In this document: positions 1-16,893 of the stretch, piece by piece
Position numbering within the stretch: position 1 is the first letter of the stretch
Layout of the letters: each line of letters starts with the position of its first letter
Assembly: GCF_009914755.1 (NCBI RefSeq)
Contig: NC_060929.1
Reading direction: 5' to 3' (one strand)
Origin: the human T2T-CHM13v2.0 reference genome, Homo sapiens
DNA length: 64,000 nucleotides
Translations under genes and position numbers: made by a program
Notes under the pieces: model-generated
Told to the model about the DNA's origin: nothing
What the model saw: the letters and a program-made list of their open reading frames with translations, nothing else
Database searches by the model: none

Positions 1-84
1 ATTTGAATGCTGACTGGATATTTAATATTAAAGAAATTACTCTTTATTTTTTAAAGTGAAAATGGTATTGGTTTTTAAATTTTT

Positions 85-1380
85 AATTCAGGTGAAATTC
101 ACAAAACTTAAAATTAACCATTTAAAAATAAACAATTCTGTGGCATTTAGTACATTCAAAATGGCATGCAACCACCACCTCTATCTAGTTTTAAAACATT
201 TTCATCACCTTAAAAGAAAACCTTAAAGTGCAATGTACACTACTTGGGCAACAGGTGCATTAAAAGCTCAGAATTTACCACTATATAATTAATCCATGTC
301 ACAAAGAAAATGCTTGTACCCCAAAAGCTATTGAATTTTTTTAAAAAAGAAAACCCCACACCCTTTAAGCAGTTGATCCCTATTCCCCTCCCTACTTCCC
401 CTGGCAAGCGCCAATCTGCATTCCATCTCTATGGATTTACCTATTTTGAATATTTCATCTGTGTGGATCATACAACATATGACCTTTGTGCCTGGTTTCT
501 TTCACTTAGCATGTGTATGAGATTTATCCATGTTGTAGCATGTATCAGTACTTCACTTTTCTTCATGACTGAACATTCCATTGTATGTGTGTGCCACAAT
601 TAGTTTATCCGTTCATTTGTTGATGGACATATGGCTTGCTCCAATCTTTTAGCTATTGTGAATAATGCTGTTATGAATATGAGTATGTGTGTATATGTAC
701 TTGAGTACCTATTTTCCATTGTTTCGGATATATACCTGGATGTAGAATTGCTCAGTAATTCTACATTTAACTAAGAAACCACCAAACTGCTTTCATCCGC
801 AGCTGTTCCATTTTCCATTCCCATCAGCAGTGTACAAAGATTTTCATTTTTCTTATTGTAACCATCCTGGAGTGTGTGAGGTGGTACCTCATTGTGGTTT
901 TGATTTGCATTTCCCTAATGACTAATGATGTTGAGCATCTTTTCATGTATTTGTTGGCCATTTTTGTATCTTCTTTGGATAAATGTTTATTCAAGTCCTT
1001 TGCCCATTCTTAAAATTGGATTGTTTGTCTTTTTATTATTGAATTGCAAGAGTTCTTTATGTATTCTACATGCAAGACTCATTAGATATAGGATTTGCCA
1101 ATATTGTCTCCCATTCTATAAGTTGTCTTTTCACATTCTTGAAGATATTTGATGCACAAACATTTTTAATTTCTCAATTTATTTATTTTCCTTTTTGCTC
1201 ATACTTTTGATGTCATATCTATAAGTCATTGCCAAAGCCAAGGTCATGGAGATTTGCCCATATGTTTTCTTCCATTTAATAGTATTAGCTCTTATTTTTG
1301 TGTCATTAATCCATTTTGAGTTAATTTTTTTGTATATGGTGTGAGGTTGGGGTCCAATTTTATTATTTTGCAAGTGAATT
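85..1380 (-). mobile_element. Old L1 (L1M/L1MB-like) 3' fragment
   Basis: Degenerate L1 3'UTR/ORF2-end sequence. The minus-strand ORF 1179-1373 resembles the ORF2 C-terminus (KINSKWI...). Boundaries approximate. Confidence 0.7.
224..346 (+). mobile_element. Short L1 (L1PB/L1MA-like) 3' tail nested in the older L1
   Basis: L1 3'-terminal motif (..CTTGTACCCCAAAAGCTATTG) flanked by an AAAAGAAAACC direct repeat (~212-222 and ~345-355). Confidence 0.5.
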
Positions 1381-1389
1381 ATTTAATTT

Positions 1390-1860
1390 TCAGAGTCTTT
1401 ATATTCTAAGGAAACATAAGGATATTTACAAACTGAAATGTCTAGAATTTGTTTCAAAATAATCTATGAAAGAGAAGAATTGAATATAGATAAAATAGAA
1501 TTGCCCATAAAGTGATCATTGTTGAAGTCAGATAATGAGTAGATGGAGGATCATTTCAGTAGTCTGTATAGCTCTCTATACATTTAAAATTTTTCCTATT
1601 AATGATAATAATAAGAGCTTTATAAATAAGAGCTTTATATTTTAGAGAGATTAATTGAAATATTTACAGATGAAAATATATAATGTCTGAAATTTGTTTC
1701 AAAATAATTTTGTTGAGGGAATTGGGGAAGGTATAAATGAAAGAAGATTGGTAATGAGTTGATAGTTATTGAAGCTATACGATGGTATATGTAGGTCATC
1801 ATACTGATCTTTCTAATTTGAGTATATTTGAAAGTTTTTGATAATAAAGCTTTTTAAATG
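1390..1860 (+). mobile_element. Ancient L1ME-like 3' end remnants (two similar units)
   Basis: A related AATGTCT..AATTTGTTTCAAAATAAT motif occurs at ~1437 and ~1682; AT-rich degenerate L1 tail. Confidence 0.45.
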
Positions 1861-3328
1861 TAATACATAATTAACTGCTAAGATTTTATTTGGTAAGAAT
1901 GAGAATCTTTCCAAATGAAAGCAAGAGGAGACAAGCTACAGAACAGTATTGGCAGCTGATGTTTATTGTTCTCAATAGCCAACCAACATCACCACTGAAT
2001 AAAAGGAATACGGTAGGTGAGCATGTTTGAGGAATTCTTCTGGAAGAGGAAAGCAGGTGACATTTGAATGGGCCTTGAAGGATGAGCATACGTTTTTGTC
2101 AAGATAGGAGAGGAAGGGTGGTTTAGTTACAGGTTGTGGAGAGGTGAAAAGGTTACAATATTTGAGAGGAATGAGAAGCTGAGTGTAAGAGGAGTCCAGG
2201 CAATTAGGCAATGAAAATTAGAGGTAGTCTTTGATTCTCATGCTAAGGATGGATTTTCAAGTAAGCCAGAATTACAAGAAAATTGATGGTCCATAGGCTG
2301 ATGTAGTCTTTGGCCTGTTAGTGTGTGTGTTTTAATTGACCCAACACTAAAAGAAAAAAAAATGCAGGAGACTTTACTTTGAAATCTGAATGTCTAAATT
2401 TCTTGAAAAATTAGAAAATACAGCAACATAGAGCCTGCATCTCCCATGCAACAGTTGACCCAAGCTGAAAGGTGGTGTCCATCTTTAAATGGGCTGGGTC
2501 TCCTTTAGTTCATCCAGCTCTCCCAGCCTCTATCCCATGCCCCACAGCAGGTCCAGTAATGGGGCTATTAATCACCATTGTTTAGCTGGAGGGTTTTTTG
2601 TCATAGTAAAGGAATGTTTACCTGCAACTCTATCAACAGTGAGAAAATGAAATGTAGACACAGAAGTCTGAGTGTCTCAATAAAATATTTGAGAGAGCAC
2701 ATTCCTCTGTGGCAGTAAAGACAGCTCTATTTCCATCTGTTTAACATACAGAGTGTATCAGTATGGGACAAATACAACTTAAGATGTCAAGGTAACAACG
2801 AAAACAGCAATAATAATAATAACACCAAACTAACTAGTACCTACTGAGCACCTGCATGCATAAAATGCTCTTCTACTGCTTTTCAGGTATTGCATCATTA
2901 CCTCCTTATGAAGACACTCTATCCCCATTTTACAAAGAAGGGAACTGGCCCAAGGTCATATTGTTATTATACTCCCAGCCAGGAGGCTATGATTCAAGGC
3001 AGTCAGACTCCAGAGCTCTAGACCACCATGCCAAACAATGACAAGAACATTATGACTGATAATCCTACAAGGTTTGTTCATAAATAGGAGGTAAAAGGCA
3101 TTCCACCCATTGAAGGCAGTGGCATTGTGTTACTCCTTTTTATATTGAAGATTCCTCCCCAGTATCTAGCATAGTGCCTTTTATATAGTAGGTATCCAAT
3201 AAATACACGTTTAATCAATTAGTTGACTAGGTGTTGTTATCTGATCCCCTTAGAGTTTTCTTTCTTCAGGGTAAACAGCTCTTGAACATGTAACATACCT
3301 CACTTCTCAGAGCTAACTCCAAGGCACC

Positions 3329-3493
3329 CAGGGCTAGAACTAGGGGGAGGCAAGAGAGACATCCAGGTTGCAGCATGTGAAAAGGATAGTAGGTCTCAGG
3401 TGCCCAACCTGCACTTGCAGGATCCCAAGAGTGAGGTCCTTCTTATATTTTGCACCCTGGGTACCTCTCTTGCTTTACCCTAATCCCTGCCCA
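3329..3493. mobile_element. Palindromic hAT-like MITE remnant
   Basis: Imperfect terminal inverted repeats (..CTAGGGGGAGGCAAGAGAG / CTCTCTTGCTTTACCCTAATCCCTGCCC). A related half occurs at ~60190-60245. Confidence 0.4.
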
Positions 3494-4372
3494 GTAAGGC
3501 ATCTCTCTTTTTCATCTTCCTGTACTCGTACTCCAGATGTGATCAAACCAGAGTGGACTATGGGAAGGGCTGCCATCATCCATGCACTGAACACTATACT
3601 CCTGTTAATTCTGTCTAGGGTTTCACTTCTAGCTTACTAGCAACTCCCCTCTCCACCTTAGGCCTGTCTGTCAAGCTGATTCCTTAAGACTGGGAGCAGG
3701 ACTTCATATTTAATCTTTCTCTTGTTTCTTTCAACAATAACTGAAATTGAGTATCATCTTTTTTAAGGTCCTTATTGATTATTCAGCATAGTAGTTATTT
3801 TCCTAATCCTCGTTTTCATTCATTTATTAATTCATCAATGCCCATTCCCTGAGAACCTGTTCTGAGGCTTAGCGTACAGAAATGAATGACTTGGTCTCTG
3901 TCCTTGAGGATCTGTGGCATGGTCCAGTGTAAGAGACAGGCCAGTAAACAGTTGACAATTGCACAAGGGACTGAGTGTAGAGAAAAATGTCTGTACTGAG
4001 GGCATAGAGGGGCACTTAAACTAGACCAGAGGACCAGGGAGGGCTTCTGGAGGAGGTGTCAAGGATGTTGACATCAGAGAGGGATGACCAGATATTGTGC
4101 ATCATTAGAATTGATAAATGAGCTCCTATGTCTGTCTCTAAGTTATTAATAATCATAGGGACAGGGCCAAGGCTAAGCCTTGTAGCAACCAGGAAAACAT
4201 TCCCACCTGAGAAAGAAAGTCACCCTGATGAAGAGCAGATGTGCTCTAGAAAGCTGCTGCTAGCTTATAGGGGGTCTTTGTGAATTTTTTTTTCATTTTT
4301 CTTCATTTATTTAGTTGAGCCATTCAATTCATACAGATTGGAAAACAATTTCCACAGGAAGATCAACTGCTA

Positions 4373-6848
<2,476 letters not shown>

Positions 6849-8744
6849 TGCATTTTTTAATGCACCTGTGGGCAGAGGAATTAGAAAAAGACAGCCCGAA
6901 GCAGCCTCAGCACTCCTCCTCCTCTCCTTCCTCCCTCCCCCTCAGTACAGCTTGGTGAGAGAAGCCGAATTCAAATGCAGTCAAAGGGTCCCTTGAGATA
7001 TTAGGGTTCTATTTCTTTGCTTCTCTCCTTTCATCCATAAATATGGACGACTTCCCTTTATGCTGGTAATGCAAGAGAGCGCAAGTGACTAGCCCACAGT
7101 CCAAAAACCAGCCAAAGACAAAAAGAATATTCAGGGTTCCAAACTGTGGAGTGTCAGTCAATAGATTTCTGTTCAGTGCTTACACAGTTCCTGCCACAAG
7201 AAACTTATTGCCCTTTTAGCTTCCAAGTGAACTGAGCTCTCAAATGCTGCATCAGAGCTGCTGGGAGCTGCTGCAAGTTGGCTGCCTCTTTATTAAGGAA
7301 ACAGCATCCCCTGCTGTCACTCCTGACTACATACAGATTTGCTTTATATATTATCTGAGCTGTGTCAAGATTGGATTGACACCCCTTCACTATACCTCTG
7401 GAAAGAAGTCCACCCTGGCCACTGTTCATTGTTTTGTTTGTTCAATTTATTTGAAATGAAATTGGTGTTTAGAATTTGGGGATACCATCTGATACATTAT
7501 CATTATTACTGATAATAACAATTAGCAATTAGCAAACCAGGTATTGTGCCAAGCACTTATATGCATTATTTTATTCAAATCTCTCAACAATAAAAATTAT
7601 CATATCCATTTTATGGATTAAGAAACTGGAAACATTGATCCCTTGGCACAATTACTTTTATTGAATAAGGTAATATTTACTCACACAACACACTTGTACT
7701 GAGCACCTGCTGCATATCAGGCTCTAGAGGCACAAGGATGAATGAGGCATTGCCTTTGTCTTTGTAAAGTCATAACAGAGAAAGGAGGGAGAACAAGAGG
7801 AGAAAAAAACTAATGTTGATTAGACATCTAGTCTGTGGCACTATGCCTGGTGTTTATAATTGGGCAATTTCATCTCATTCTCCAACAATCCTGGGAGGTA
7901 CGTTTTTATATATCCATCTTACAGGTGAGAAAAACTAAGGCTCAGAGGGTTCAAATGACTTGCCTAAGGTGACACAGCTGGTTGGTAGAGCAACTGGAAT
8001 TTAAACTCAGCTCTCCTTGATAGCAAAGCCACACTTTTTGAGAAGATATATTGGAAGAAATTATTGAAAAAAAAAGGTTTATTGAGGCCCCAGAGGGGTC
8101 AAGAAGATGAAATAAGCAACTCGATATAGAGGCAGTCAGGTAATTCACTAAAACAGTTGCTGATTTTGGGTTTTGTCATTTATTCATTTCCTCAGTCATC
8201 AAAGGAGCCTAAAACATGTTTGTTGAGCATGTACTATGAGTTAGATATGGAAACCAGGGAGATGGTAATGCCCAAGATAGTATAATGACACCTGTCTTCA
8301 TGAAGCCTATAATCAGGAGGATAAGGGGGTCCAGCATTCGACAGTGGGACTCCCAGCAACCTCTCAGATTGGGCCCAAGTGCTGAGAACAAAGGTATAGC
8401 AGGGTGCTACAGGAGTGCAAGCAGTGCCTTAAGTCAGATGAGGGTGTGTTTGGAGGACCTGGCCGAGCAAGTTGCATTTGAGCTGCCCTAGAAGGCTGGG
8501 GAGCACCAAGGAGCACTTTCTCTCTAAACAGAGAAAGGATGGAAGAGCTGCCCAGTAGAAGAGGTAGCAGGCATGAATGTTCAAGTCAGGGAGCCGTTGG
8601 GAGCGGGGACGTTGTGCAAAGGAGACATGGGGAGGAAAGTGAAGCTGGGCAGTAGTTGGGGGCAATCAAGCAAAGCTAAGAATATGGAACTTTAGCCTTG
8701 GAGCAGCATTTCATAAACGAGCTGTGGGGAGCACAAACTCTGCT

Positions 8745-9380
8745 TTTCAAAAATGGATGCATAATATTTGTACATATTGACATGGGATATGTGATATTTT
8801 GTTACATGCATAGAATGTGCAGTGATCAAACCAGAGTGTCTAGGATATCTGTCACCACAAGCATTTATCATTTCTATGTGTTGGGAACAATCCAAGTCCT
8901 CTCTTCCAGCTACTTTCAAGCGTGCAATACATTGCTGTTAACTATAGTCACCCTACTCTACTGTCAAATGTTATAGCTTATTCCTTCTATCTAACTGTAT
9001 GTTTCTACCCAGTAACCAACCCCCGACTTACACCCAAATCCTTCCCGGGATAGTTCTCTGATAACCGTTTTTCTATTCTGTACCGTCCTGAGATCAGCTT
9101 TTTAAGCTCTTACATATGAGTGAGAACATGCGATATTTGTCTTTTTGTGCCTGGCTTATTTCACTTAACGTAATAACCTCCACTTCCATCCATGTTGTTG
9201 CAATGATTTCATTCTTTTTTATGGCAAAATAGTATTCCATTGGAAAAATATACTATATTTTCTGTATCCAATTGTCTGTTGATGGACACTTATGTTGATT
9301 TCATGTCTTTGCTACTGTGAATAAGTATTGCGATAAACAGGGGGGTGCAGTATCCCTTTGATATACTGATTTTTGTATAA
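8745..9380 (-). mobile_element. L1MA-like 3' fragment
   Basis: Typical L1MA 3'UTR (GTGAGAACATGCGATATTTGTCTTTTTGTGCCTGGCTTATTTCACTTA). Confidence 0.75.
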
Positions 9381-12300
9381 CAATAATATACAAAATTTTT
9401 ATTTTGTTTCTCTGTCCCCACACATACCAACAGTTTTGTAAAATAAATAAAATGTGAATTAGTATAAAAATAAACAGAACACGAAATAATAGCACAAATT
9501 TATGATTACTAGATTCCACTGTCATAAAATCACTCTGTCAAATTGCTGTTACTGTACTTCTTTCATTGTGGAGAGGGTTTGCAAACTGGCACCTGCCAAG
9601 GACCACACTTTGAGGAGCAAGTATTTGAGAACCTCAGTGAGACACCGACTGTATCTGTGTCTGGAAGAATAAGAATAAGTGGCATTCAGCCAGGAGACAA
9701 GGGGAAAAGAGCAGGCAAGGAAAGCATTGAAGGCAAAAGCAGAGCCACATGAAGCAAGCTGGTGTATTTGGGGACTGGCAGATGGCTGGCTGGGTAGGCT
9801 GGAGAGGTGTGAGAGAGAGGCTGGCAAGCAGGCAGTGTCTTGGAGGGCTTTTTCAGCTATGATGAAGAGCTGAGCAGTAAGAACTGTACCAAGCAGGCCC
9901 TAAATGTCAAAAGCACCTGCCAGGATCATTGCTCTCTTGTGAGTGTTATGAAAGCAGCCAGGGGCTGTTCTACCTGCAAAAACTGCTCTGTTTTGCCCAT
10001 CTGATTGCCAACCTCAGCACACCTATTCCAAAAAAGAAAAAAGAGAGAGAAGAAAGAGAAAGAGAGAGAAAGGAAGGGAAGAGAAGAAAGTGGGAGGAGA
10101 TGGGAGGGGAGGGCACACCAAATAAACAGAGCCCAGAGCTCCTCCTGAATAGCCTTTGACACATTATTTGGATGAACCCATGGGTGGGTTTTTGTTTCTT
10201 TTTATCAGGCAAATGGAAGTTTCACTCAGTTCCTCAAAAAGTGCCCAGGCAGGTAGAGAGCATCCATCTGCGATGGGTTCCCCTTCCTGGAAGCCACAGC
10301 ACCATCCAGCCCCACAGTAGGTGGATGCAAATTCTTGGCTGAAATGAATGTGAGCTCAGCAAGATGATCACCGTGGTCCTGACCATCATCATTGTTGCAG
10401 TGGAAATTATCCAGGAAAAATCCAGAAAAAGAAATAGCATCCAGGGCCTAAGGGTGTGGAGTTGAAATATAACCTTTACTCTCACCCTGAAAAGAGCTTT
10501 GGAAGGGACTGTTCAGTTGAGGCAGCCACCAACTGAGCCACCAACTCAGTTGCAATGAGTCATTTTACAGGCTTTGCAGTAAATTGTCACAGCTGGGCTG
10601 TGAATGTGGTCATCCGGACTTTAGATAATCAACCAGTGAGCTTCTAGATCCTCTTGAAGCTCACATTCTGGAGGACAGAAAGGCAATAAAAAGCAAATAT
10701 ATAATAAATGAAACACTTCCTGATTGTGGTAAGTATCAGGAAGAAAATAAATGGGGTGATGAATCAGGGAATACTGGAGGAGTGACTCAGTCACTGTCCC
10801 AGCAGAAAAGAGAGGGCACGCTCAAATTGGGTAATTTATTAAAGAGACAATTTACCATGGTGTGGGCAAGACTGGATAAAGGAGAAAGTTATGAGGAAGC
10901 CCCTCCCCCCACCCCAAGGCTAAAAACAGTAGGGCACCATTGCTCTCTCTAGGCCTGAAAGGGGCACAGGGAGAAAGCAGTGCCCAGAAGATGTAACAAG
11001 AGGACATTGGAGGGCTGTTCGACAGGAGCCACAGCCATCAGCAGGGATGGAGTAGGAGTAACAAATGGGACCAAACATTAGAGATGTCATTCTTCCCCCG
11101 GGGTACCCACCAGATGCTGCACTTCCAGTGTGGATTTCTCTGCATACACAGCTTGACAAAGCCAGGTTAGGGAGACGAGATGGCCCAGCTCACAGTAGAA
11201 GTGGTTGAAGATTCCACTATCATCTCACATTAAACAGACACTCTTCAAGTGCAGTTGCTTTTGCAGACACCCCTGGGACTCAGATGAATGCAAAGGGGCC
11301 ATTTGCATACCAGAACAGCTTAGCACAGATGAATTCTCTTCCATCTTCCTTGTCAGGCTGCAGGGAGGTATGCTCTAGACCTTGAGAAATGACCTTGGGC
11401 AAGCCATTTAATATTTTCAGGCCTCAGTTTCCTCATCTGTAAAAAGAGAGCATTAGGCTTAGTGATTTCTAGGTACAAAATTATGCTGTGTAGAGGAAGA
11501 AGCACTTTGAAGCAGGGGGAGGTGAGTTCAAATCCTCTATACCTCAGCTGGCTGGCCAACCCTGGGAGCACCACATCTCTGGGTCTTAGCTCCCCTACCT
11601 ACCAATGTAAGTGATAACGTCTATCCAGACCAATCACAGCATTTAGACAATGCATGTTAAATCCCTTGTATTTTGTGCAACGAGTCAGAGCTCCACACAT
11701 GTCTATCCATTTGCTGCAAGGCAATGTAACATAAAGGTCAAGAGAACAGGCTCTGAGTGAAGTACACAGCATGGGTTTGAAACCAACTGCCTCTACCACT
11801 TTCTAGTCAGGGACCTTGGGCAAGTCACTTAATACCTCTAAGCCCCCACTGTTTCATCTGTAAAACCAAGGAGAAATGCTGGCTGAATCCACAAGGTTGT
11901 TGCCAGAATCAAATTAAATAATACATATTGAGCACTTAGAACATCTTCCTTCAGTTACGATATTCTGCAGCTGTAATATAACATTACAAAGAGCTTTCCA
12001 GAATGTTCTCTGATTTTTTTAGTTCTTTTAATGCAACAAAGTTACCTGGGATTGGTTAAATATGGTGTTGCCAGAATTTTCACTATAATGGCATTGCACC
12101 CAGAAGCACCTAGCCTAACCTTGCTTTGCCCTGGGTGGCCAGCATCCAAGACGGCAGACTGTGAGAGCGGCTGAGGAAGAGCACCAGAAGGAAAGATCTG
12201 CGCAATCAAAGGCATACTGACCCCAACTCTCTGCATCCCAATATATTGCCCTAACTGCTTTTTTAGCCCCCTAGTGTGACTTGGTGTGAAGCACAAGCAA

Positions 12301-12792
12301 TTCAAGTGATTAAGAAGGGAGTTACTAATTTAAATGAATAGCTTTGGCAAAATGAGCTCCTCGAAGAGCTCTGAGGGAGATAATGGGGCCTTGTGTTTGG
12401 AGGCTAGAGTCAGGATGGTTGTTTATGGCGCTCTAGGGCCAAGTATTGCTATAGCAACAAACGACTTAGCAACTGTATTGAACAGACTGTTTCTTTGAAA
12501 GAGTTTACATAATAGGGATTACTCGAGTTCTTTCTGGGAAGGATAACATTAGTACTTTTTTCTCCCCTTTTCTTAAACCTAAGAACATTTGGACGCAAAA
12601 TCCTTTTTCAAAAGCTGTACAACAAAAGGGGGGAAATGACTGAAGGTTTTGAAATAAAATGTTAGCAGTTACATTCCTTGAGTGGAGAGATTACCAGTAA
12701 TGTTTTTGTTTTTCTTTTTGAGTGCTTTTCTGAGACTTCCATGATGGTTTTGGTTTTGTAACTAGGATTAATTTCCATTAAAAGAAACAAAT

Positions 12793-13003
12793 TGACCAGC
12801 CTGGGCAACATGGGAAGACCTCATCTCTATAAAAATTTTAAAACTAAAAAAATTAGCTGGGCTTGGTGGTGCGCACCTGTGGTCCCAGTTACTCGGGAGG
12901 CTGAGGTGGGAGGATCACTTGAACCCAGGAGGCTGAGACTTCAGTGGGCCATGATGACTCCACTGCACTCCAGTCTGGGTGTGAGTGAGACCCCATCGCA
13001 AAA

Positions 13004-13038
<35 letters not shown>
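12793..13038 (+). mobile_element. 5'-truncated AluJ-like element with (ATA)n tail
   Basis: GACCAGCCTGGGCAACAT...GGAGGATCACTTGAACCC...CACTGCACTCCAG followed by (AAT)n. Confidence 0.85.
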
Positions 13039-13040
<2 letters not shown>

Positions 13041-14234
13041 TGACTATGATAAAATATAAGCCTGGAAATGTTAAGAGGGTGCTTGTGACCCAACAAGGAT
13101 GGGGCCTGGCCTTGGTGGAGGAATGGCCCTTGGGGGACTTGCAATACTGTGGCGGGCTCCTGGCATTTGCTGGCTTTGTGCTGGCTTTGACTATGGGAAA
13201 GCACCCCAAAGGTTAATGAGTGGCCTGGCCAGTTGGCACCTGGCTGACGTGAGAATTTGAATCCTGCTGCCCTTGGGATGGGGGAAGGGAGGGAGCCCCA
13301 CCACTGCCCACTCTCCCATTTCACCCCCACTTGACCCTGCAGCACCTATGGAGCCACTAGGGAAATCAACATCCTGTTAGTTTGTGACAAGTGGGCCTAG
13401 GATAATGGAAAAGAACAGGCAGCAGTTAATACATGACATGAGGGTTTGCCCAGAGAGCTCATGGCTTTGGAAGAAAATAAGAGTTGAGAGACAGCCAGGA
13501 TATCTATCTTTACATTGTGAATTTAGTAATTCATGAAGATCTTAAGACGCATTTCTCTAAAATGCTTTTTCCAGTGATCATTATAATTGTTTTGTGGTTG
13601 GGAATTGAGGGAGCAAGGGAATTTCAGGGGGAAAATAATCTAAGCAAAACTTTCAGCATGTATTTCTTGAGTTCCTTCCGAATACAATGTATTGATTTGA
13701 AGGAATTAATTCACAGTTGTGCAATCATAATATGACAAACTATGTTCATAAACAACATAGTACATATAATGGTTAAAAGCCACAGGTTTGGGATCAGACT
13801 TGCATCTGAAGCCAGTACTGCAATAGCCAGCTGTGTGATCTTCAGCCACTTGCTCGAGCTTATAGAAATAGGCAGTGCAGCTGGGATTTGAACCCATGCG
13901 TATATTATCCCAGAGGCCTGGATCCCTAAGTCAAACAGTTTTGGAATGGAAAGATTTGTGGCTTTCTGGGGTGTCCACAGTCTCCTCTCCTCCATCTATG
14001 TGATCTGTCTTGCACCAACTGCAGTTCTAGCCGGAGAGTGTTCTGCCTGCTGTCTCGTGCACCTGAGAACCTAGGCTTAGGGACACTTTTTGTGTTTAGG
14101 CTCTCCCATCTGTCTCCATTTCTAATTTTGTCAGAGCCATGAATTAAGCTGGAAACAGATCCAATTTATTAGTTCCATTCCTGCTCCATGATTGTGCCCA
14201 GAGGCTCGTAGACACACACTGTAAATCACAAAGA

Positions 14235-14258
14235 ATAATAATAATAATAATAATAATA
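14235..14258. repeat. (AAT)n microsatellite
   Basis: About 8 perfect AAT units. Confidence 0.9.
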
Positions 14259-15141
14259 AAGAGCTCTCTGTTGAAAGCTGCCTTAGGGGACATCTGTCAG
14301 CTTGTTGAGGACCCCCAGAGAGCCAACTTCCTCTTTCCTCCTTCCAGAATAAACCACAAGAAGAGGAGTCAGTAAGTGAGGGAAACTTTAAGGTCAAGTG
14401 GAGACAAATTCCCAGCCCCATCCACTTTCTTGGCTAGCCATAAGCATTCTTATCCTTCTTTTCTACAAAAACAGGAAATTTATATATTAATGTGCCAAGC
14501 CCTTTGCACAGATCAAATGCAATCCTCCCAACAGCCCTATTAACTAAATACAGCTACTCAAATTATCCTCATTTTATGCATGAGGACACTGAAGAGTTAC
14601 AGAGGATAAGTAACTCGAGGATGCACACCTCATTAATTGAGGAGCTAGGATTTAGATCCAGAGCCTCATGATTCTAAAGCCTGTTTTTTGTTTGTTTGTT
14701 TGTTTGTTTTGTTTTGGCCACACTAGGTTTCTAGAAACTTCCAGTTCCTTCTTAAAAGTCCTTTTTGGGCATTCCGGCCTAAATCCCAAAACTGTGGTCT
14801 GGGTACAAGAGAGAATTAGGCCAGTGAGAAAAATTTAAACCACCCTGCCCTCTAAATGTCTGTCTTCTTTCGGAGACTGGTGAAAGTTTCTCAATCACTC
14901 AGCAAGTAATCTCATTGTGAGCCAGGCACGGAACTAAGCACTTGCAGAACAGAGGCAAACTAGACACAACTGCAGGCCTCAACAAGCTCGGTCTAGTGGG
15001 AGAGGCAGATTGGAAAACAAACATGGCAAACCATTCGAGGTAGTCTCAAGAATGGAGGGGATAGATAACAAGATGTAGGGAGAGGAGTTTCTAAGCAAAT
15101 GTCCTATGCAACCCTAGAAACAATATGGAGGAATAGAAGGC

Positions 15142-15781
15142 TGTGAGAGGAAAATAAGATCTCAGGGCCCCAAATTCACTGTGCCAAAGGGAAAGGGCTC
15201 ATCCTGGAATCTGAGTCATGAACAAAACAAAAACAAAAACAAAAAACAAAAGCAAAAACAAAAAACAAAAAGACCTGCCTTTGCTTTTGTTTCTAAACTG
15301 ATAGCTACAGATAGAAGGTTGCATGTCTCCACAGAAGGCCTTCCTCACCCTGACAATGTAAATCAACAGCTTATCTTCATGGGTATGGGACAAGAGGAGA
15401 CTAGAAATTGTCCCCACTCCCCATCCCAAGACAAATGTGCATTTGATTGACTGCTTCCTCTACTCCATGTTTACTTTATCTTATGTAAAGTGCAGATTTA
15501 CTGAGCATGAGACAAACATATAATTGACTATTTCCTCTACCCCCTCCTTTTCACTACAACGTGTGGAATGTGACCATATCCTCCCTTTATTTTCTCTTTC
15601 CCCTTTCTCATCCTACCCATTTTCCCCTTTAAATATCAAAGCCCTCAAAATTCTCTTTGGAAGAAATAGGGCCACAGATCCGACTGTGGCTTGTGTCTCT
15701 TTTTCCCCATTGTGTTCTCAACCTTGGCAAAATAAACCTCTGAACTGATTGAGATCTGTCTCAGATACTTTTTGGTTTATA
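15142..15781 (+). mobile_element. MER4-group ERV1 solo LTR
   Basis: Starts TGTGAGAGGAAAATAAGATCTC..CCCAAATTCACT..AAAGGGAAAG (MER4-like), has AATAAA near the 3' end, and is flanked by a 4-bp AGGC TSD. Confidence 0.75.
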
Positions 15782-16874
15782 AGGCATAAGGCCCAGCCAT
15801 TTCCCAGCTGAGTAATCTGGAGTCCAACCCTGAGTCTTTCTGAGTCTCAATTTCCTCAGGCATACAATGGGAATATGAATTGTTTCCAAGGCTCTCACAA
15901 TTAAATGAGATCATATAGGCCATGCTTAGCATCCCATTCTTCCATCACCAGGTGTCACCTATCACGGAGTCTGTGCTGATTCTACTTCTAAACATTTCTG
16001 TAATGTCATTTCCATCTCTTCTGCCAACATGTTAAACAAGGCCCCATCATCTTCCCCATGGATGACTGCAATACACTCCCAACTGGACTTCTCATATCTA
16101 TTCTTTCCTCCTGTCCAATCTGTTCTCCATTGTGAAGCCAGGATCACCTTTTTAAACTCCAATTATGAGCATACCACCCACTACCTCCCATTCGTCACCT
16201 GCTTAACACCCTTCAGTGGCTTCCTACAGGCATCAGGAGAGAGAATGTAACCCTCTGCATAGCATGGTTGGCCCCTGCTCCCTCTCCAGCCTCATCTCAC
16301 CCTGGGTTCCCCCTCACTCCCTGCATCCCCGCCTTGCTGACATTCTTTCAAGCTCTCCCATCTGCCAGGATGCCTCCTGACATGAGGGCCTGAAATATGC
16401 TGTTCCCTCTGCCTATCATGCTCGTTTCTCCTTCTCATCTCAGCCCAAATGTTCCCTTTCCAGGGAAGCCCTCCCTGAAAGCTGCCCCAGCCGTGTCACC
16501 GTCCCCACTGGGACATCCTTCCTTCCTTGATAGCTTCTAATTGAATCCTCACTTAATATGCATTTGTGTGATGTGTGGATTCCAGTCTGTCTCCTTCACC
16601 AGACCATGAGCTCCATGGCTCACCCCTACATGCCTCAAACTTAGCATGGTGTCTGATACACAACAGATGCTCAAGAAAGGTTTGTTGTATGAATATTAAA
16701 TGCATGGCACTTGGGAAGTTTATAAAATTGTGACTTCCTTTTCCCTTGTCTAGGGCTTCTTATATATGAAAGTTAAAAAAAAGTGTGTTTTTGTTTGGTG
16801 GTTGTTTTAATGAAACATTATTTGTCAAAGTCTCCAACAGTGCAGATCCCTAAGATTTCCCTTTCTGCAAAAGA

Positions 16875-16893
16875 TGGCCAGCAGAGGGCCCCA
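16875..16893 (+). promoter_or_regulatory. CTCF-like motif
   Basis: TGGCCAGCAGAGGGCCCCA matches the CTCF core consensus. Confidence 0.6.
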
